Part shown: positions 40,601-51,949 of the stretch, one piece after another
Layout: every line of letters begins with the position of its first letter
Position numbering within the stretch: position 1 is the stretch's first letter
Assembly (NCBI RefSeq): GCF_964355755.1
Contig: NC_092670.1
Location: 16,044,795 to 16,108,794, forward strand
Length of the DNA: 64,000 bases
Direction of reading: 5' to 3'
Source of the DNA: Antedon mediterranea
Taxonomy: Eukaryota > Animalia > Echinodermata
Program-made: the position numbers and the translations under genes
The notes under the pieces: generated by a model
What the model saw: only the letters and a program-made list of their open reading frames with translations
What the model was told of the DNA's origin: nothing
The model's database searches: none

Positions 40601-43600
40601 CTCTAATCAACTATGTCAACTAAAAGTTATCAGGTGGTGGACCCAGGATTTTGAAAGTGGGGATAGAGTAATGCCAAAGCCTATTTAAAATGAAATAAAG
40701 TTAAATTATTGTTTTTAAAATTGTCTACATTGTCTTATCTCTGTGCCACCACCAGATGAAAATTAGAATTGTACTAATAAATTCTATTCCTGTATATGCC
40801 TAGAGATCTAAACAAAGAATCATAAATTATCATTTAACACATAAAAAAACAGAAAATAAAAACTACTTAAATAACTATGTTGCTACTATAATTGATGATT
40901 TAATGAAAATTTAAAACAAAAATTGCATTAACTTCCAGGAAATTAAAGTACTGTTTGTAATAACTAGTTTTGATACATTGCACATCACACAGCAGCTATG
41001 TATCAGAGACATCTGATGCGCAAGTAGGCTTTAGGGTCATTCACTCACAGCATGATATTCATGCAGGTATCTGTGTCTAGTGTAAATTAACCTAACAAAA
41101 ATATATAGTATTCATACTGAGAACATGGAATATGAAAACAACTATGTATAAGCGCCAACTAACTATATTATGATAGCACTAAACACAGCTCTTCTATGAT
41201 CTCCTGTTAAACAATAGTAGGCCCTGTTAGAGCTGGGGCGCGCACCTGTTAATTCTTGTTTAACCTGTAATAGCCATCTGGCTATGGCATTGTTTTGCAC
41301 AAAAAAATTGTATTTATGTAATTTTTTTTGTGGTCGCCTAATGCCACTTTCAGTAATTCTCTGCTATATTCCTCAGTCTCTACATCACAATCAGGTTGCA
41401 GTGAGGTAAATTAATTTGATATTAACTGGTAAACAGAATAGTTTAATATAACTTTACTTTACAGCAGTACTTCTGTCAGATAACATTCACTTGATTTGAA
41501 TCTTGTAACTATCTAGGTGCTAATTGAACATTTTTGCATTTCAGTGCATGGAAAAAAGTAATTCAATATCTATGTACTATTAATGTACTACAGAACTGTT
41601 TTGTTATAGATGAACATGTTTGCACTGAAGTGAATGAAAAAAAGTAATCTAATAAAAAAAAATTGATTTTGAAAAATCACAGCCTTGCCGTAATTGTTTC
41701 AACAGCTGTACAGCAAAATTAGCTTTAGAATGTTTTGCAGTTTAGTAATGTTTTACTGTCATATAGTACCGAGATTTATGAGTATGTGTTTGTCATGGGA
41801 AGGGATTATCACCTTGCATGTATACAAAACCTGTAATTGTTATTGAGATGCAAGAAGGAAAATAATAAGATCTTAAAAGCACCTAGCAGACTACTATAAA
41901 TATACAAGATGTCTGACTAATGGACAGATTGCTAAAATATAAATAGATCAGCTTTTATATAGACAATTTAATTGCCATTTTCCTACAGGTTTAAGACATG
42001 AAAACCACCCAGCTACAGTAAAAAACAACAGCAGCTAGGGAGTCAATATCAAAAAGGCACATTCGCTAGTAGAGTACTATACTTCATGGTAGTCATGATT
42101 TTGCACCTTATCCCTAATAATTAATAAGGTTTATCGCAAACAGCGTGCGCGACGCTCGATGGGAAGAGTTTGGAGCAAACGGCATGATGCGTACGTATGT
42201 GATTTGTTGTTTGTCCGTACACGTTGTAAAGTTTCCTCCCAAACCCTTCCATTGTGAAATGACGTTCCTCGCGAATTCAAGCTATTTGCGATAAACCTTA
42301 CGCTTCAGGGATATATGCTCTACAAATAAAGACAATTTATAAAAGAACTTTGAGAATTTAAAAATATCGGTAGATTGTAATACACAATACTATGTCATAA
42401 TATTAGAAGCAGGTGTTTGGGAAAAACTTTAAACAATTATGGAAAGTTGACAACATTGACCAGCATAACAACAAAGAATTCATACATAAAATGTAATGGA
42501 AGAATCAATCAGGAGCATACAATAAGATCTTGTTATTAAATCTACTGATGATAGATTGGATAAAAGATGTATTATAGCTTATTCAATAGCAATTGCAGTG
42601 CAATTTGTTACCATTGCATAATCTCAACATGAATTGTATTTAGACAGGTAAATCATTTGAATGTAATCTGATAATCTGAAATACTGCTGTAGCTTAATAT
42701 GTTCCTTTGGTACACAGCTATTATAGGGGACACTATGGCCAACCTCTCTTCATGTGAAACCCCTATTAAGGGGACACAGTCCTGTTAAACAAACACTATG
42801 GCCATCCCCTATTCATGTGAAACCCCTATTAAGGGAACGCTTTCCTGCTAACCAAACACTATGGCCAACCTCTCTTCATGTGAAACCCCTATTAAGGGGA
42901 CGCTTTCCTGTTAAACAAACACTTTGGCAAACCCCTATTCATGTGAAGAAATCCCTATTAAGGGGGCATAGTCCTGTTACACATTATGGCCACTATTAAG
43001 GAGACACTTTGTTGGATCCTACAGGAGTTCTGTATATAAAACTATGTATTGGCTTACTGTATATTTTACATACAGCTTCTCCATCTGTTTGGTATTTTTT
43101 TTAACAAATACAAAAATATGTGAATAGTAAAAAAAGGAAAAATTATTTGAATGCATTATTATGCTTGAGTACATATCTTAATCCGCAAGAGTTCACAGAC
43201 TGCAGACACGCTAACATAAACACATAGTAATGCTTCTCAGATATTAACATCTTTAATGAAATTTACAACGTGAATATAAATGCCATATGTCTGTTAGAAG
43301 CAGGTGAGTCATACTCATAGTAACAAAATGAGAGAAAGTTGGAACAATGCAATTGAATATTATTTGAAAAATGTATACAATGGATAACAGAAAAATGGTT
43401 ATTATTTTATTTTTACTTGCAATATTGGTTTTAAAAAGCTGGTAGTATTGCAACACATTTCAACAAACAACCCCATTAAAGTGCTTGCAGGCCATGTGCT
43501 ATTTATTAAACTTACCTGCAAATTAAAATATTCACATGCCATATGTTATTTAAATTAAACTTACCTCCGATTTATTTTTATTTTCTGAATTGTATGTTTT

Positions 43601-46600
43601 GTGAGTTGTTGCGGTTGCTTTCGTCTCTTGTTCTAGGTGGTTTTCGATCGGTGTAAGTAATTCTTTTCGAAAGGCTTGAAGCTGTCATGACAAAGTTCAA
43701 AATTCATATTAAAAATGATAAAAACAGTTATTGTTTTGAGAAATACTTTCTAAATGCATGTAAAGATTTTAAATATGGTGTATGCGATTTAATATCGAGT
43801 TATAGTTTTTCTTTTGAGCATTGAGTTGGTACGAACACGCTTGCGTTGGTTAACAAAAATTACTAATTCAAATTATTTATTTCTGTTATAATTTACCATT
43901 TGAATATAAAAAAAGTATTTTAACAAATTTTCTGTTGAGCACAAATGTTGTTGAATCGCAAAATGGTGCCGATTGATTTTTATATCACTGAACCAAAACA
44001 AATAAATGTTTCCTTCATGAGACAATACATTTCTTAAGCTCTGTCTACACTATCAAACTTTATGTGACAAAAAAATGTGATGTGCCCATATATGGACACG
44101 ATGATGTCATATCACTAGCATATTTAGGCATTATCACTACCATATTTGGATATATCACACTTCTTTGTCACATAATGTTTGATAGTGTAGACAGAGCTTA
44201 ACATATCCTTTATGAGGCAATACATTTCTAAAGCTGTCTACACTATCAAACTTTATGTGACAACAAAATGTGATGAAGTGCCCATATATGGGCATAATGA
44301 CGTCATATCACTACCATATTTAAGCATATCACTACCATTATTTGGATACATTATACTTCTTTGTTGAACTAGTTTGATAGTGTAGACAGAGCTTTACATT
44401 ATTTTGTATCCATCCACAACAACATGCATGTGCAAAAACATAAAAACCTACTGTAACTTCTCTTTGAGATTCAATTTGCTTAAATGTTTCTGATAGCTGA
44501 AGCAGAGCTTGACCTGTTGAAGAAGAATAGCATCGTGTGTAAAATTTAGACAATATGCTTACTACAGTTGTTAATGACTATTAATTAATTACACCGTATA
44601 TGACTACTCCACATCCTACAGTATGTAGCCAGCTCTAAACACAAATTAAAAACCATACCTAACACACTAGTCTGTCAAACTATAATATACATACCATTTT
44701 GATGTCTAATCGAGTTGAATTAAAAAATAATAGGATTTATAATAGGATTAATGTCAGATCATTTTGTTAAGATCATGCAAACCAACTTTAGGATAAAGCT
44801 ATCCATTTGAAATGTCAGTGTGAGTATTTACTCTGAACAGAGACATCAAGAAACTGGAGATTTGCAACAATTTGAAAAAAGCAAGATACGCGATGAAATA
44901 AACCTCAAAATACAGTAGTTACAAGTTCACCTTTTGTTTTAGTTATTTCCAACTATGTAAACGAAACGGAGACAGAATAAATCTATTCTACAAACAAAAA
45001 AAGATACGAAAAATAATCAAAAACTCCCCAAAAAATCAAAACAGTTTACAAATTCTTCCATGCATTAACTGTATATTTTTGTTTTGTTTTGTTTTTATCT
45101 TATCTTTTGTTTTTATTATCTTTTTAAAAATATGACTTTAAAAATGAATCCTATTTACTGATAAAAGTCAAGGGTAACTATGCAACAACCTTTACCTTGA
45201 CACATACTAGTGACACTACCTGTAGATGCGCCCCTTGACCTCTACCTATACCTCTATATAAGAAACACTGGCTAAGGGCCAGAAGTTGGAATAATTGAAA
45301 TTGATAAACAATACAAACATTAAATTACAAAGGATAAAGTAAATAAAACATTCAACTAGTCATGGTCAACTGACAAATATATTAAGAATTTCAATTGTAT
45401 TCATTTCTGAGGAATTAGAAAATAGAGAGTATGCACACGACAAAGATATCTCTACACAAAACAATTAAAATAATAAAATATGTTATTTGGCGGCCTTCAG
45501 ATCCTCATGAATAATTCATTATATAATTTGCATAGTATATTTCCTACTGGTACTCTTCAAATAATGAGAACGGTCACATGACTTTAATTAATATTTTGCA
45601 AAACAAACGCTTTCGTGATTATTGAAAATTATATAAACACAGAGATTGATGAAGATCGTGTCACCATGACAGTTGAGACATGACATTGTAATTGAATATA
45701 AAAAACCTCCAGCACTAACAAAATAAATGTATCATCACTGTACAATATAATTTTAACCATCTGACCATATTGTCATTGAACTATCTTAGTGTACAATATA
45801 TGAATACATCATAGATTTTTTTTTTCAATTCACGAGTGAGAAATTTGGTAGAAGCCATTAATACCAAAGACCATCATCTGGTTAATAGATCAAAATATTT
45901 CAGATACAGTACCCTGATTGTTGCTATCTTCCTATACTGACAACAGGAAAGAAAGTATTACAACATACGGAATAACAAAATATGGAATTAACAACATAAT
46001 GTATGTTTGATAAAATTTCTACAACTCCAGTAAAAAGCACTTGTATTGTCTGCAGTGCCCACCCACTAAGGATGTGCAGGCACATGGAAACAGTAGAACA
46101 CCTCCTTCTGGTAACTACCCCTATTCAGGGCACAGATATTACCTCTATTTTTAAGGGAGGAGTTTCTTATAAAACGAAAATCTATCCCTATTCAGGGCAC
46201 ATCCCAATTAAGGAGATACCCTTTTGGGTCCTGAAAATGTCCCCTTAATAGGATTCTACTGTATACCGTAGTCTCTCAAAACATTTAAATTACACTATAA
46301 TGCACATGTTCATAATAAATGCACTAAAGGCTTTCATGATTTTTGGAGTAATAAAGTATGAAGAAAAACCTATTGTACAATAAGATAATAATACACAATG
46401 ACTATCCTACAAAAATAGTGGTCAACCGCCTGCTACACAAAGAGTACAATTGTACATTATAATTTAATTAGTTGTTAGTAAGATTGAAGATAAAAATATA
46501 TTTATTTCTATAGAATTTTTTCCATGTACTTCCTTCCATAAGCAATTGAAGCTCTATAATTTCCTTTCAAGCAAATTCCTAACCCAAGACTTAAACTTTA

Positions 46601-49600
46601 CTTGAATATAATTCCTACTGTATGTGATGGTGCTGGTTCCTCAAGTTTTGGGATATTGCTAAACCCTGCAAATGTAGTGTACGACCCACTGGGTATATCT
46701 ATGTAAACAAAATATTAACTTTCTACTGTTAACTACTTATTTTTGGGGTAAAACATCATTTTTTAGTCAAAAATGATTGCTAAACCCCGCAAAAAACATA
46801 GCAAACCCCACCGAACCAACATAAAAGTTATTAAATCATGTAATGGATATACCCAGTGGGTCGTACACTACATGATTCAATCACTTTTATGCTGGTTCGG
46901 TGGGGTTTGCTATGTTTTTTTGGAGGTTTGCGGGGGTTTTCGTGGTTTAGCAATACCCAAGTTTTGTGGAGAATTTAAGGAGAGTGCAGCTTGAAGTTGA
47001 ATGTACAGAGCCAAATTCATGTTCAATGATTTATAACTAAAATCTACAGTATACCTAAAGGTCTCAAAGTCTTCAATTTACACAAAAATGTGAAGACAAT
47101 TTAGCTTCAATTATGATAAAAAGCAGACATCTTAATGTCAAATCAGCTTCCCTTTCGTTATTGGTCATTTCCTAAAGTTGACCCATCTATTGTATCTATT
47201 AATTTTTTTTTTTAAAGAAAGATTAAGCCTGCTCATATTTTAAATTGCATAAATATAGTGCAGCAGTACAGTATTGTATTTATTTTATATTAATATCATG
47301 GTATTGATTTTCCTTGTTTTTCAGCACACATAAAATATTAATAGCAATCAAGCTGATGTTAATATCTGGCGGCATAACCACAGTGTTCTGATGACTTAAC
47401 CTCTATTTAGGGGTGTTTACAGTATGTCCTGTTACTTCCTTGATTGTGCTCTCAAACTTGGATACCACTAAATATCACTAGCAAAGCATTCTTATCTAAA
47501 TTAGTGTTTGTATTGTGTAATATTAACCCAAATCCTGGTTTGTATGACATCAAACTAATAAATAAATGCTGTATTTACTGTAACATGGATGAACAATACT
47601 ACAGTACAAGGTGGATAACATCTGCAAAATGGATAGCCATAGTTGACCTCTATGTAGTTTTCAGGATTTAATAGAGTACTGTAACAGCATGCATGGTGCT
47701 GATTGATTCTAGTTCATGTTCTGGGATTTCATTTTTACTTATTTCACCCACTTGTGATGAATTTTTAAAATAGAAATTGTTACGTATAAAACTGTGTTTT
47801 ATATAAATATTTGAAAAAACACAAAAACTAGATTATGTCTAGTGATTAATCATAATCATTTCCATCCGTCTACTTTTAATTAAATGTTACAGTTCTTGAA
47901 AATCTACAGAGACGAGGAAATTACGATGACATGCTTCCCTCTTACTCACATCACAGACACTCGCACGCTTTATATCTCTGACTGTGTATCATCATTCTTC
48001 TATTTAAAACCCACAACAATAAACTTACGAGTTTACCAAAATATATTAATATTCCTAGATCTGTATGAGTCTGACCAATCCAATGGTGGGCCCATGATTT
48101 TGAAATAATGATGGGGGAGGGGCCCAGGATGGGGGAGGGGCCCAGGGTCTAAAAGTTGTGAAATGAAGTGCTTAACTAACATTATATTCTTTCCTCTTTT
48201 TTTAAACTTCTCATCTTAGATCCATAGATACTGTAGTAGTTTGTGTGTCCTTGTCTTATTTATTACTGACAATGGTTTTATATATATATTTTTAATTCAA
48301 CCAGTGGTGGCAAATTATGGATGAGGAACAGATTGGATTGGGAGGACAGAAAAGGGAAAATAACCTATTTATAAACTATGTTTATTTTGTTATTTTATGT
48401 TGTTACTTACCAATTTGTCTAGCAGCTTTAGTCTGGCTTGCTACCTCACCAACCCGCATCAAGCAATCCATGTAGGTTTTAGCTGACGCTGAAACATCTA
48501 AAAAAAAAACAGATAATGGGTTAAATAGTCAACGACATGCTAAATATATCTGATGAGTATTAAGTGTAGGTCACAAGATACGCTGGATAGGGTTTGTAAT
48601 CATCAAATGTTTTGCAGTAATTTGCATAGCTAGCAATGACTAGGTGGTTTACTCATTTCTACAGTCCGCATTCGTAACAACACTGGTCCACTGGCCAATT
48701 AAATAGTCAAATAGCTAGTCCGAATGGCTACTTAAAATTTTAAAACAGTTTTGACAAAATGTGAACAAAGTCGATTGTCTGTATTAACTCATTTTTAGGT
48801 AATTAGAAGCGTCCCATAGGCCCATATTCTATGACCAGAAAGAGGAGTGGAGGACAAGTCAAAATGTAATTTTAGTTTTAAAAATCCTTAAACGGAGATC
48901 CCTGGTACTGCTCATGAACTATTAAGAACATGCTTAAAGTTATCTGCAGGTACTTATTAAAACAAAGAAATAAGACACTGTCTTAAATTACAATATTTCG
49001 ATCTATCATTAACGAACCAAACATGCACTCATAACATTTTTGTATGTTAATTACTGTATTACATACAGCTATTTGAATTTCACAAAACGTGAGGGTGAGA
49101 CAAGTCACCACGATTTGAATTCTGCAATGACAACTTTAGTCACATTAGAAGACGTGAGCTCAGTACAGTATATAAATTTACAATAAAATTTAATGACATA
49201 AAACCAAAGGATCAACATGAAAAAATCAATTAATGTTAATGTTATCTTAAAACATAGTGCAGTTTCATGAATAGAATACCAAGCCAGACATAATATTCTC
49301 ACATATGAGCTCGGCAGTCGAGCAGAAATAATTTGCATAATTATCTTTAGTTGAAGCTTGAAACAAAGAAATCAATCTGTTTAGGCATAATTACAGTAGG
49401 TTGTTGAACGTTTGATTCCAATCATTTAATGAGAAGCATTTGATTTAATAACCATTATAACCATATATTTTTTATTTTATAAATATTAAGAATACAATTT
49501 AAGAAGCAATAATGAAATAAGTGTATTGATATCACTAGTCTAAAATACCAGCTATTATTCAATTTTCAATAAGGTTGGGAAGGGAAGTTATTTACAAGGT

Positions 49601-51606
49601 TACTGTATATGGACATGGTTATCAATATAACAAGAAAGATAATCTACAGTATCTGGTATACTAACTCTGTAATTCAAGCTTTTTATTTATCTGAGGTTAG
49701 AATTAATAGTAGATTATCAGTTCTTCTGGTCTAATGAATAGACAAGAACCGGTTTAAATGATAAACTGCAATAAATAATAGTTCAAACAGCTGTATTGGG
49801 CTTTTACTTTGTGGTCCCTTAATGTACAATAATACACTGTTCATGGAGGAAACTTACTTTGTAGTGCTTTTTCATAGATCTTTCCAAAATGTATTAACTC
49901 CTTCAACTCAGGGTATAGGCCTTCTATCAAACCCTAGAAAAACAAACAAATATCATTTAAAAAAGAAGTTTAACTAAGAAAGAACTTTGTTGAATCAATA
50001 TCTCTATGGTTGAATCAATTGGATGTTCCAACTTGATTAAGTTTTAAATTTTATTGAATATAATCAATATAATTTACCTTATTGAACACTATATTTTATG
50101 GCTATAGTGTTAGAATAGGCTATAGCAATTCAAGTATACTTTTTATTTCAGAACATTTAAAACCGAGGAACATCGTAAATTGGTGCATTCCTTATTTGTA
50201 AAATTGTTTAATTTTGATTTAATAACAACTTTTGATTTTAAATTTCACAGAAAAATGCAGAATTTAAATTCAAATTGTTGCATTATTTATTTGTAAAGTT
50301 CTTTTTTATAATAATAATCACAAATTTCAATTGCACAGACAAATGAAGAATTTCAAATTGCACAAACCATCCGCAAACACGCATATTAAACATGAATGAA
50401 TTGGAAGAATATAGTAAATGATTTCGTGAATACTTTAACATTACATAGTCATTTCTTTTTTTATACATTAGTAATCTATGAGGACATCAAAATAATATTA
50501 ATAGCTTCAAGTTTAAATGCAGTAAGCAATCTGTTGCAATTTAGTATTCCCAATAATTATCTGCAAAAAATACTGACAATTAGTTTCATAACAAAATGGA
50601 TTGTCAAATGAGAATTAGCCGTTTGTTGTGTACTGGTATTTAAGTATTTCCTGGCATGTTCTCACAGGTAGTAGTACTGTAGTACCAATCGGACATTGCG
50701 CAGGATATCAGCGGTGCGCTAAAGGAACTCGATGGATTAGTATAAAGTACTGTTCTAGGGCAAGGTTAATATAGACAGTAAAGATAAGTCTATATTTTAA
50801 AATTCTAAATATATTATTTTAATTTAGTACACAAACATTTATCAAATCATGACCAGTACCTAGGTAAACAATATAGAAAACAATTATTTATTATTACACA
50901 ACTTGTATAAGAAATAATTTCATTTGCACTGGAGTTTTGGTAAAAATATGTAAGAATACAGCCTGCAGTCTGAAGCTTTTTGTATCGTCCTCAGTACATT
51001 AAGATGCGTGCATTCAAACAACAAATCCCGTACGTACGCGTTGTGACGTTTGCTCCCAAATCCTTCCCACCATGCATTGTGCAGTGATGTCTCTTGCAAA
51101 ATAAAGCTATTTGCGATAAAACTTATTACTGGGTAAATGTTAACCAAGAGCCACGATCAAAATAAACAAGTCTTACTCTTTTAGGAATATATATATACGA
51201 TAAGCCTTATGCATTGCCATTCACCTCCATTCATCAGTAAATATTATTAATGCAAGTAAAATCAGAAGAACCGTGTTTGGTTTAGTTTGACAGAAAAATG
51301 TATGAAAATTTTTGTCTGCGAGTTACATTGGATTCATGCAAATAAATTGCCTATGCCTAGTTGAGAACAGGATTCATACACAGTCAAATAGCAGACTCTT
51401 TTATCTCATCTGATGCTGAATGCAAAAACTCTGCCTGTATTTCCATCACACACACTTAACTGCACTGGGTCTCCTGTCTTAACTTGTGTCTCATCATCAG
51501 TTGGAATATTTTGTAGTAGCCTAATAACATATTATTATTATCAACTTACCCGATATACATTTTCAGTCATTTTATGAATTTGATCGCTAGACATACTGGA
51601 AGTCAT
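28674..51606 (-). CDS. BAIAP2: IRSp53/BAIAP2-family protein (I-BAR/IMD, SH3, WH2-like), about 588 aa (627 aa with the extra exon)
   Basis: Exons 51606-51550, 49933-49858, 48497-48411, 44513-44452, 43681-43565, 39979-39824, 36344-36258, 35982-35887, 34392-34291, 32868-32685, 32398-32241, 31851-31721, 31605-31380, 30700-30573, [29944-29828], 28773-28674; all in frame. IMD HKMTENVY..GKIYEKAL..EERRHYCF; SH3 VQAIYGH..QLSFVEGDII..WHFG..GWFP; IPSPDYG; NPFTGVKLRRTQTDDRSAP. Probably co-orthologous to BAIAP2, BAIAP2L1 and BAIAP2L2. Confidence 0.9.
28937..29100. mobile_element. Harbinger-type MITE family A copy
   Basis: Family A TIRs, TAA/TTA flanks. Confidence 0.75.
30352..30491. mobile_element. Harbinger-type MITE family A copy
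   Basis: Family A TIRs, TAA/TTA flanks. Confidence 0.75.
30733..31069. mobile_element. Family T MITE apparently interrupted by a LINE 3'-tail fragment (about 30775-30990, - strand)
   Basis: TACAGCGGAA..ATGGGGACACC left arm and GTGTCCCC..GGAGTTTTACT right arm flank a segment ending CCTGTATAAATA..AATAAATAAAAAAAA on the - strand. Confidence 0.45.
31132..31310. mobile_element. Harbinger-type MITE family B copy (best preserved)
   Basis: AGCTTGGTTCCCACTAG ... CTAGTGGGAACCACGCT with internal inverted AACGCAAGGACGTAA; TTA/TAA flanks. Confidence 0.8.
32479..32610. mobile_element. Degenerate family A MITE
   Basis: Internal family A sequence (CTATCAAACTTTATGTGACA..CCATATATGGACATGATGATGTCATATC) with eroded TIRs. 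Confidence 0.6.
34452..34631. repeat. 30-bp minisatellite, about 6 copies
   Basis: AAGACTATGTTAGGA(A/C)TAAATAACATTT(A/T)T repeated. Confidence 0.9.
35015..35201. mobile_element. Harbinger-type MITE family B copy
   Basis: AGCGTGGTTC.CACT ... CTAGTGGGAACCAAGCT, TAA/TAA; internal ACACAATTATTGGAAGG.CATTTTCT shared with the 17041 copy. Confidence 0.7.
39277..39346. repeat. Palindromic 18-bp tandem repeat
   Basis: TATACAGTATACTGTATA, about 3.5 copies. Confidence 0.85.
42127..42298. mobile_element. TA-flanked MITE
   Basis: TA|AGGTTTATCGCAAACAGC ... GCTATTTGCGATAAACCT|TA; partial homolog at about 51000-51125. Confidence 0.7.
42712..43034. repeat. 63-bp tandem repeat (about 4 copies) inside a family T MITE
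   Basis: Units start at 42731, 42794, 42857 and 42920; each carries CCCCTATTAAGGGGACAC or a close variant. Confidence 0.8.
44037..44393. mobile_element. Two adjacent family A MITEs (44037-44198 and 44232-44393)
   Basis: Family A TIRs; both preceded by TCCTT(C/T)ATGAG(A/G)CAATACATTTCT. Confidence 0.8.
46090..46261. mobile_element. Family T MITE
   Basis: CAGTAGAA ... GGATTCTACTG|TA with internal CCCTATTCAGGGCAC and TGTCCCCTTAATAG. Confidence 0.6.
46651..46957. mobile_element. Mutator-like fold-back MITE
   Basis: GGATATTGCTAAACC ... GGTTTAGCAATACC with a 9-bp TSD CAAGTTTTG (46642-46650, 46958-46966); additional internal inverted repeats. Confidence 0.7.
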
Positions 51607-51949
51607 TTTGTTCGGTTATCTTAAAATTTAGATCAATTTAAAATGTCATTCTTATCAATAAAACCGCCTTTGTTCAAACAACAACTCCTCGGCTCTGAAT
51701 AGGTTCTCGCTGTGTAAATTTTGTGTGAAAAATGAATGCACCAATCTTTTTCCTCTCTCTCTTCTCTGGTCGCGCCGCCGGCAACCAGAAGAGAAGGTCC
51801 TTGGGCCTATAGAGGGTGCTATACAGAAAACAAAAAAGGAAGGGAAACTGAAAATAAATAAATAAAGTTTTGATTGTCAGTCAGCTGATCCAACTAGAAA
51901 TGAAAAACGATTTATATTCATTGCTGTATTGTTTGTAAATTTTACAATA
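51607..51949. promoter_or_regulatory. Putative bidirectional promoter BAIAP2/TMEM104
   Basis: Head-to-head ATGs 343 bp apart; GC/CpG patch TCGCGCCGCCGG inside an inverted repeat CTTCTCTGGT/ACCAGAAGAGAAG. Confidence 0.6.

Noticed and set aside
42754-42999. 81-aa repetitive ORF
   Set aside because: Translation of the 63-bp tandem repeat.
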